The notes under the pieces are model-generated. The model was not told the origin of the DNA, did not search any database, and saw only the letters and a list, made by a program, of their open reading frames with translations. This document shows positions 57,364-64,000 of a stretch of DNA of 64,000 nt, piece after piece. The DNA comes from an uncultured virus (IMG/VR IMGVR_UViG_3300028373_000196) (taxonomy: Duplodnaviria; Heunggongvirae; Uroviricota; Caudoviricetes), in IMG/VR virus record IMGVR_UViG_3300028373_000196, one strand, 5' to 3'. Position 1 is the first letter of the stretch. Every line of letters begins with the position of its first letter. A program made the position numbers and the translations under genes.

Positions 57364-58589
57364 TGAGTTTCAAGATAGGACAATCTACGGGCGGAACTCA
57401 CATAAACGAAGATTTGATGTTCATGAATGCAAATAATGATTTTGTTGGGGGGTATGATAACACAACAGTACCCACCAATGAAACAAAAATAACAGCAAGT
57501 GATGGTGCAGCGAACGACCAATTTGGATATTCTGTGGCAGTCGGTTCAGGTAGAATTGTAGTTGGTGCACCACTTGATGATGCCCCAGGAAGCAATTCAG
57601 GTTCTGCATACATTTTTGATCTTGATGGAACCCAGATTGCAAAGATATCATCACGTGTTGCAGCGGGTGACGAATTTGGATATTCTATGGCAGTCGGATC
57701 AGGCAGAATTGTAGTTGGTGCACCAGGCGATGATGATTCAGGAGGCCAATCAGGCTCTGCACACATATTTGATCTTGATGGAAACCAGATTGCAAAAATA
57801 ACAGCAAGTGATGGTGCAGCATTTGACTATTTTGGATGGTCTGTGGCAGTCGGTTCGGGTAGAATTGTAGTTGGTGCACGATTTGATGATGACGCAGGAA
57901 GCAATTCAGGTTCTGCATACATATTTGATCTTGATGGAAACCAGATTGCAAAGATATCATCACGTGTTGCAGCGGGCAGCCGATTTGGACAGTCTGTGGC
58001 AGTCGGTTCAGGTAGAATTGTAGTTGGTGCATGGCTAGATGATGGTCGACGACCATCATCAGGTTCTGCACACATATTTGATCTTGATGGAAACCAGATT
58101 GCAAAAATAACAGCAAGGGATGGTGCAGCGGATGACTTTTTTGGATATTCTGTGGCAGTCGGTTCAGGTAGAATTGTAGTTGGTGCATATGGTGATGATG
58201 ATGCAGGAAGTGTTTCAGGTTCTGCATACATTTTTGATCTTGATGGAAATCAGATTGCAAAGATATCATCACGTGGTGGAGCGGGCAGCCGATTTGGATG
58301 GTCTGTGGCAGTCGGTTCAGGTGGAATTGTAGTTGGTGCATGGAGTAATGATGGTGCAGGAGCCCAATCAGGTTCTGCACACATATTTGATCTTGATGGA
58401 AACCAGATTGCAAAAATAACAGCAAGTGATAGTGCAACGAACGACCAATTTGGATGGTCTGTGGCAGTCGGTTCGGGTAGAATTGTAGTTGGTGCACGAT
58501 TTGATGATGACGCAGGAAGTAGTTCAGGTTCTGCATACACATATACAACACCAACAACCGAACACATACTTGACATCTTGGATTATTGA
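57363..58589 (+). CDS. FG-GAP repeat beta-propeller protein 3
   Basis: 7 repeats, three with the shorter KISSR variant; likely start ATG at 57363. Confidence 0.85.
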   Translation: MSFKIGQSTGGTHINEDLMFMNANNDFVGGYDNTTVPTNETKITASDGAANDQFGYSVAVGSGRIVVGAPLDDAPGSNSGSAYIFDLDGTQIAKISSRVAAGDEFGYSMAVGSGRIVVGAPGDDDSGGQSGSAHIFDLDGNQIAKITASDGAAFDYFGWSVAVGSGRIVVGARFDDDAGSNSGSAYIFDLDGNQIAKISSRVAAGSRFGQSVAVGSGRIVVGAWLDDGRRPSSGSAHIFDLDGNQIAKITARDGAADDFFGYSVAVGSGRIVVGAYGDDDAGSVSGSAYIFDLDGNQIAKISSRGGAGSRFGWSVAVGSGGIVVGAWSNDGAGAQSGSAHIFDLDGNQIAKITASDSATNDQFGWSVAVGSGRIVVGARFDDDAGSSSGSAYTYTTPTTEHILDILDY

Positions 58590-58678
58590 AAAAATAACTT
58601 TCAGCCAAATAGATTTGTGAAAATACACCATAATAGTATTTTAGAAAACCAACCAAAAAGCTCGCGGGAGATTACATA

Positions 58679-59458
58679 ACGAAAATAGTTTTGGTTACTG
58701 GCGGCTTTGACCCGTTACACAGTGGACACATAGCATATTTTAATGAGGCTAAAAAATTAGGCGACATTCTTGTAGTTGGTTTAAATAGTGACAATTGGCT
58801 TGTCAGAAAGAAAGGCCAATCTTTCATGAACATAAAAGAGAGGTTGGATATGATATCCAACCTCTCTATGATCAATTCGACGATGTTTTTTAACGATGAT
58901 GACGGTAGTGCCGCAGATGCTATTCAGTATTGTTTAGACAAGTACCCCAACGACACTATCATATTTGCAAATGGCGGCGACCGCACTTCAAGTAATATCC
59001 CAGAAATGTTTGCAATTACAAATCCAAGAGTTCAGTGGGTGTTTTCAGTTGGTGGTTTTGACAAAATAAACTCAAGTAGTAAAATTTTAAGTGACTGGAA
59101 GACACCAAAAACAGAAAAAGATTGGGGTTATTATCGTGTTTTACATTCTGATGGTCCTTCTACCAAAGTTAAGGAACTAGTAGTCAAACCAAACCACAGT
59201 CTTAGTCTACAGAGACACAAATACCGGAACGAATATTGGATTGTTTCTTGCGGTATTGCTACGATAAGATTTGGTTCTGATGTTAATAAACTCGAAACAA
59301 AAACACTAACAAAACATCAGGAAATTCGCATTCCTGAAACTTACTGGCACCAATTGATTAATACTACTGAAAATGATCTGCGAATAGTGGAAATTCAATA
59401 TGGTGAAAGTTGCATCGAAGAAGATATTGAAAGAAAAGCAAATGCCATTTTCGTATAA
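58679..59458 (+). CDS. Cytidylyltransferase-like nucleotidyltransferase fused to a cupin (mannose-6-phosphate isomerase type II-like) domain
   Basis: KIVLVTGGFDPLHSGH (HxGH), ANGGDR, SSS; WGYYRVL...SLQRHKYRNEYW...WHQL...EIQYG...EEDIER. The position expected for the start codon reads ACG. Confidence 0.8.
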   Translation, partial: TKIVLVTGGFDPLHSGHIAYFNEAKKLGDILVVGLNSDNWLVRKKGQSFMNIKERLDMISNLSMINSTMFFNDDDGSAADAIQYCLDKYPNDTIIFANGGDRTSSNIPEMFAITNPRVQWVFSVGGFDKINSSSKILSDWKTPKTEKDWGYYRVLHSDGPSTKVKELVVKPNHSLSLQRHKYRNEYWIVSCGIATIRFGSDVNKLETKTLTKHQEIRIPETYWHQLINTTENDLRIVEIQYGESCIEEDIERKANAIFV

Positions 59459-59460
59459 AT

Positions 59461-59781
59461 ACAAGATCAAATTTGTATGTGAATCAGGGTACAGATTTTT
59501 ATGCTTATCTAGAACTGTTTTCTAATGATATAGAATTTGATGTTTCTGATATTACATTCTTTGGTAGTGTTAGAAGAGTATATTCATCTGCACTTGCATT
59601 TAATATTAGTGTTACTATAGTCCCAAATGGTCCAACAAACGATGTCGTTTTCGGTCAATTCCCAAGACAACAGCCCACTGAGTATTTTCTTCAAACCAGA
59701 TGGTGCCAAGATGTACACTGTCAACACCATGGAATATTGCAACTCCATCGAATATCTGTGTGTCCAAGAAATATGATATAA
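59461..59781 (+). pseudogene. Mosaic remnant of virion/fibre genes
   Basis: TRSNLYVNQGTDF...VRRVYSS without an ATG, then out-of-frame SVNSQDNSPLSIFFKPDGAKMY and LSTPWNIAT fragments. Confidence 0.55.
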
Positions 59782-59825
59782 ATACATCGTAATAGAATTT
59801 TTGAAAACCAACTAGTGATTATAGG

Positions 59826-60896
59826 ATGCACATGAAAGAATTGAAAAAAAGCGATGCAGAGATAGAAAATCAATACCGATTCGGAAACGACGAATCTTTT
59901 GCGAAATATGCGATCAGTCTCGGTGGCAAAATTAAACCGCTTGTCATTCCATCTGAAAATACCAGTGGAACAGGGTTGATGAATCCCACCATATATAAGC
60001 TACCAAACGGCAAATTAGCAGTGAACATCAGACATGTAAATTACACTTTTTATCACTCCGAAAAAAAGTTGTTGCAACACCAATGGGGTCCGCTTACATA
60101 TCTACATCCAGAAAATGACCAATATCTCAGAACAAGAAACTTCTTTTGCGAATTAGACCAATCGCTTGATATCACATCATTTAACGAAATAGACGCCACC
60201 AAATTTGACACATACGAGCCTATGTGGGATTTTGTCGGTCTCGAAGATGTGAGATTGGTTGTTTGGGATGGGAAAATGTATGCAACTGGCGTACGACGAG
60301 ACACCACTACAAACGGTCAAGGAAGAATGGAATTGTCTGAACTTGATTATTCAGACGGTAAAGTTACAGAAGTATCAAGAGTTAGAATTGCGCCACCTAA
60401 TGATCAAAATTCGTATTGTGAAAAAAATTGGATGCCTGTTACTGACATGGATTACACATATGTAAAATGGTCCAACCCAACTGAATTGGTTAGTGTTGAC
60501 CCAAACACTGGAGAATCCAAAACTGTAAAAATATCCAACTATGTAGACGCACCAAATGATTTTAGAGGTGGTACGCAAGTGATTCCATTTGGTGATGAAG
60601 GTCACAGAATTGCTTTGATACATGAAGTTGATCTGTTCCAGAGCGAACACAACAGAAAAGATGCAGTGTATAGGCACCGCTTTGTAATTTGGGACAGTGA
60701 CTGGAACATTGTAAAATATACAACAGATTTCTCAATGATGAATGGCCATGTCGAATTTGCAGTAGGTATGTGTTTTAATAAAAACGATGAAATCTTAATT
60801 ACATTTGGTTTCCAAGACAATGCAGCATACATTTTACAAACTACACTAAAAGACTTGGTCAATTTCGTCAACACAAATTGCGCGTTTCACATATGA
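59826..60896 (+). CDS. Five-bladed propeller glycoside hydrolase/phosphorylase-like protein (GH130/GH43-like)
   Basis: MNPTI, GLEDVRL, CEKNWMP, RGGT, VEFAVG and ITFGFQD motifs; TATAAATA at about 59778. Confidence 0.65.
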   Translation: MHMKELKKSDAEIENQYRFGNDESFAKYAISLGGKIKPLVIPSENTSGTGLMNPTIYKLPNGKLAVNIRHVNYTFYHSEKKLLQHQWGPLTYLHPENDQYLRTRNFFCELDQSLDITSFNEIDATKFDTYEPMWDFVGLEDVRLVVWDGKMYATGVRRDTTTNGQGRMELSELDYSDGKVTEVSRVRIAPPNDQNSYCEKNWMPVTDMDYTYVKWSNPTELVSVDPNTGESKTVKISNYVDAPNDFRGGTQVIPFGDEGHRIALIHEVDLFQSEHNRKDAVYRHRFVIWDSDWNIVKYTTDFSMMNGHVEFAVGMCFNKNDEILITFGFQDNAAYILQTTLKDLVNFVNTNCAFHI

Positions 60897-60927
60897 ATCT
60901 TCAAACAGAATACAGGATAATTATATT

Positions 60928-62187
60928 ATGATAGATACTCTACTGAATCAATTTGTATGTTCGCCAAATGACCCTGAAACAAATTTTGCACTTGCAAGAT
61001 ATTATCATGATATTGGACAAACTGCTTCTGCGGTATCTTATTATATCAGGACGGCGGAAAGAACAGAAGACTTGTTGTTAAGATATGAATGTCTCTTACA
61101 TGGCGCAAATTGCTTTGAAATGCAAGGGACACGTAGATTTACAGTCAAAGGAATGTTACAGCAAGCAATATCAATTTTACCGAAAAGACCAGAAGCCTAC
61201 TTTCTTTTAAGTAAAATGCAAGAACACAATGAGGCCAATCAAGGAAGATATCTCGATTCGTACACATTATGTTCTATTGCCATCACAGTGTGCGAATTTG
61301 ATGGAGATGGTCTCAGACATTCTGTAAATTTTCACGGCAAGTACCAACTACTATTTCAAAAAGGCATCATGGGTTGGTGGAACGGACTCAATGAAGAAAC
61401 AAAAACCATATTCTTAGACCTTCATATGAACTATGATATGGCGGAAGAATATAAAACTTCTGTAAGAAACAATCTGATCAACATGGGCGCATTTAGCACC
61501 AAGACACTGATTAATTACGAACATGGCAAATTGCCTAATCTCCAGATTAGGTTCGATGGCGCGGGGAATGTGGAAAGAAACTACTCTGAGGCATATCAAG
61601 ACATGTTTGTATTAACAGCAACCAACGGCAAGAGAAACGGAACGTACGTGGAAATTGGTTCGGGACACCCATCATACGGCAATAACACATATCTGTTGGA
61701 AAAAGACTTTGGATGGAATGGAATTTCGTTAGATGTAGATGAAAATTCCATCACACAGCATAGCAGCGAGCGAAAGCACACTGCCATATTAAAAGATGCG
61801 ACTACAATAAATTACGACAAATATTTTACAGGGATGAGTTTGCCTTCTAATATAGATTATCTACAGATTGATGTCGATCCTTCAGATGTGTCTCTGAAGG
61901 TTCTTTATTCTATGCCGTTTGATACTTTCAAGTTTTCAGTTGTAACATTTGAACATGACCACTATGCACAACCACACACAAAAGTAAGAGAAAAGGCAAG
62001 AGCATTTTTGAAGTCTTACGGATATGTATTAGTAGTATCTAATATATCACCAGACGATTCTAGACCATATGAAGATTGGTTTGTTCATCCAGATCTTGTA
62101 GATGCTGATACAATTAAAAAACTTACAGTAGAAGGTGATGCCACGAAGAAAGCCGAAAAATATATGTTTGGTATGTATAGTGGATAA
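60928..62187 (+). CDS. TPR-like domain plus FkbM-like methyltransferase
   Basis: N-terminal helical repeats (PKRPEAYFLL); SEAYQD...YVEIGSG...NNTYLLE...IDYLQIDVD...FEHD. Confidence 0.7.
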   Translation: MIDTLLNQFVCSPNDPETNFALARYYHDIGQTASAVSYYIRTAERTEDLLLRYECLLHGANCFEMQGTRRFTVKGMLQQAISILPKRPEAYFLLSKMQEHNEANQGRYLDSYTLCSIAITVCEFDGDGLRHSVNFHGKYQLLFQKGIMGWWNGLNEETKTIFLDLHMNYDMAEEYKTSVRNNLINMGAFSTKTLINYEHGKLPNLQIRFDGAGNVERNYSEAYQDMFVLTATNGKRNGTYVEIGSGHPSYGNNTYLLEKDFGWNGISLDVDENSITQHSSERKHTAILKDATTINYDKYFTGMSLPSNIDYLQIDVDPSDVSLKVLYSMPFDTFKFSVVTFEHDHYAQPHTKVREKARAFLKSYGYVLVVSNISPDDSRPYEDWFVHPDLVDADTIKKLTVEGDATKKAEKYMFGMYSG

Positions 62188-62965
62188 AATACCTGTTATC
62201 GGCACAGCGGTTGTAAATAGTAGCTATTGGGTCAATAGATTATTATTAAGTGTTGACTATCCTATAAAGGACTTTGTTATAATTAATAACAATGGTAGAG
62301 GCCAATTAGACGAAGAACTAAACATGATTGTCAAAATGAAGCATCGTTATATTGACAACATAAAAGTTGTACACATGCCTTCTAATATTGGATGTGGAGG
62401 TGCTTGGAATCTTATTATAAAATGTTACATGAACGCACCGTATTGGATTATTGCAAACGATGATGTGGCGTTTAATTCTGGATTACTAAACGAGATTCAT
62501 GGTATTATGTCGAGTGATACAGATGTAGGTACGGTACATCCTAATTCAGGTGATTTCGGTCTCGGGGCTTGGGATTTGTTTGCTATGCACGAAAGAACAG
62601 TAAAACAGCTTGGACTATTTGATGAGAACACTTATCCTGCATATTGCGAGGACGCAGACTATATAATGAAAATGAAGAACAAAGGTGTTAAATCTATAGT
62701 TGGATTAAAACACTCTTATTTGCATGGTACTGGCGAAGCGAAAGACTATTACGAGCACGGAAGACAGACTGAAAAATCAGACCCAAATCTGAAAGTTATT
62801 CTTGATAAATCTAACCTTATGAATATTGATTACTTGACAAGAAAGTGGGGTATAGGTTGGAGAAATGTACAACCGAACGGATCGCCCTTTGAAGGTGAAA
62901 AAGTTGATATTAGCTATTCATTATATGATTTAGATTTTGTCAGGAGCAAACATACAGGTTTTTAA
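62180..62965 (+). CDS. Glycosyltransferase family 2-like protein
   Basis: IINNNG...NIGCGGAWN...ANDDV...FDENTYPAYCEDADY; likely GTG start at 62180. Confidence 0.75.
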   Translation: MDKIPVIGTAVVNSSYWVNRLLLSVDYPIKDFVIINNNGRGQLDEELNMIVKMKHRYIDNIKVVHMPSNIGCGGAWNLIIKCYMNAPYWIIANDDVAFNSGLLNEIHGIMSSDTDVGTVHPNSGDFGLGAWDLFAMHERTVKQLGLFDENTYPAYCEDADYIMKMKNKGVKSIVGLKHSYLHGTGEAKDYYEHGRQTEKSDPNLKVILDKSNLMNIDYLTRKWGIGWRNVQPNGSPFEGEKVDISYSLYDLDFVRSKHTGF

Positions 62966-63033
62966 TTTAGTCATAAATAGAGAGTAGTTCAACATGGAAG
63001 TAACTACTAAGCGAAACTGTCTGAAGATATAGA

Positions 63034-63062
63034 TTGACAATTGGTATATTTAATTGTATAGT
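63034..63062 (+). promoter_or_regulatory. Sigma70-type promoter
   Basis: TTGACA-17 nt-TATAGT; ATG follows 6 nt later. Confidence 0.65.
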
Positions 63063-63068
63063 TATAAT

Positions 63069-64000
63069 ATGAAAATAGCAATCGTTGACACACTAGGCTT
63101 AGCCTATGACGGAGATACACTAACTGTCCGAGGGTTAGGTGGGAGCGAATCTGCAGTAATCCTTATAAGCAAAGAGTTATCTAACTTAGGGTTTGATGTA
63201 ACAGTTTATAATAACTGTCTTGACAGTCGGGCATCACCTGGTAATTATAACGGAGTGACATACATTGACCACTCTCAGCACTGCCCAACTGTAGAGTATG
63301 ATATTTTTATAAGTTCGCGCACTACTTTACCATTTCGTACAAGCAACAAATATGAAAAAATAGCAATGCTTGCTAAAAAACGCATATTGTGGATGCACGA
63401 CACATTTTGCGAAGGTGACAGTGATCTCGAAGCAATGCTAGTACACGGATACATTGACGAAGTATTTACATTATCTGATTTTCACAGCTGGTATGTAACC
63501 AGCTGTGACCACGGAAACAAAAGAAATTTTGAAATGCTCAAGCATAAATTCTTTCAAACTAGAAACGGCGCAGTAAAGCATATACCTTTCGTTAACATAA
63601 ACGCAAAAGATCCTATGCACTTTGTTTATAATGCGAGTGCAACCAAGGGATTAATTCCTCTTGTAAATAATATTTGGCCAAACATTAAAATTGCGTTACC
63701 ATCTGCACACTTAACATGCATTGGGGGATTTTACAGACATCGAGATAATGCCCAGCCCGACGCGCAAGAATTAATGGTCAATAAGCTAATAGAATTAGCA
63801 CCCAACGGCGTAACTTTTACTGGGGTAATACCCCAGTTTGAGATTGCAGAAATTTTAGCAAACGCATCAATGATGCTGTACCCAACGGCGTTCCCTGAAA
63901 CATTTGGCATTTCTTCTTTGGAAAGTTTATTATATAATACTCCTATAATAACAAACACATTTGGGGCACTAGAAGAAACTGCAATTGACACAGCATGCTA
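63069..64000 (+). CDS. Glycosyltransferase family 4 (GT-B), truncated by the window end
   Basis: Absent from the ORF track. MKIAIVDTLGLAYDGDTLTVRGLGGSESAV...LWMHD...YPTAFPETFGISSLE. Confidence 0.85.
   Translation, partial: MKIAIVDTLGLAYDGDTLTVRGLGGSESAVILISKELSNLGFDVTVYNNCLDSRASPGNYNGVTYIDHSQHCPTVEYDIFISSRTTLPFRTSNKYEKIAMLAKKRILWMHDTFCEGDSDLEAMLVHGYIDEVFTLSDFHSWYVTSCDHGNKRNFEMLKHKFFQTRNGAVKHIPFVNINAKDPMHFVYNASATKGLIPLVNNIWPNIKIALPSAHLTCIGGFYRHRDNAQPDAQELMVNKLIELAPNGVTFTGVIPQFEIAEILANASMMLYPTAFPETFGISSLESLLYNTPIITNTFGALEETAIDTAC

Larger units (their letters stand above)
54420..58545 (+). repeat. 21 near-identical 153-156 nt coding repeats spread across three genes
   Basis: Near-invariant core tctgtggcagtcggttcaggtagaattgtagttggtgca in each unit. 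Confidence 0.9.

Noticed and set aside
54420..58545. CRISPR- or TIGR-like array
   Set aside because: Units are in-frame 153-156 nt coding repeats (FG-GAP blades) without unique spacers, and no cas or Nop-domain gene is evident.
54302..58589. Diversity-generating retroelement target
   Set aside because: No reverse transcriptase or non-coding template repeat in the window, and the variable codons (tgg/tat/cag, cca/cgc) are not explained by adenine-only mutagenesis.
52520..58656. Long alternative-frame and antisense ORFs (393, 316, 365, 323 aa and others)
   Set aside because: They are shadows of repetitive collagen and FG-GAP coding sequence that happens to lack stops.
1..64000. Stop-codon reassignment
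   Set aside because: Core genes are full length in the standard code, and TAG (gp55) and TGA both act as real stops.

Overview
A 64-kb segment of a large T4-like (probably jumbo) myophage genome, standard genetic code, covering the virion morphogenesis region. 1-22.3 kb (minus strand): baseplate/tail operon with a giant (>3348 aa, runs off the window) virion protein, gp6-, gp25-, gp5/VgrG-, gp53- and tail-tube-like genes. 22.3-29 kb: gp55 late sigma factor, gp47 and gp46 recombination nuclease, a GIY-YIG nuclease and a roughly 500-nt structured non-coding tract. 29.8-41.4 kb: gp26/gp51-like chaperones, tape measure, portal, protease, scaffold and major capsid genes. 44-59 kb: tail/fibre genes, including a collagen-like fibre and three FG-GAP propellers. 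58.7-64 kb: a sugar-modification cluster. Main observations: (1) gp46 is fractured inside its Walker A motif by an atypically split intein (37-aa IntN, 124-aa IntC) with a free-standing endonuclease gene between the halves; (2) a coiled-coil DIP1984-like gene is followed by a closed, structured candidate RNA with 7-nt repeats; (3) a large, pseudoknot-rich candidate RNA lies downstream of a stand-alone GIY-YIG gene; (4) a virion protein carries eight phycobiliprotein-like C-x-x-D repeats; (5) a probable -1 frameshift joins the gp26- and gp51-like ORFs; (6) the portal carries an HNH intein. All family assignments come from reading motifs by eye; no database searches or folding programs were run.
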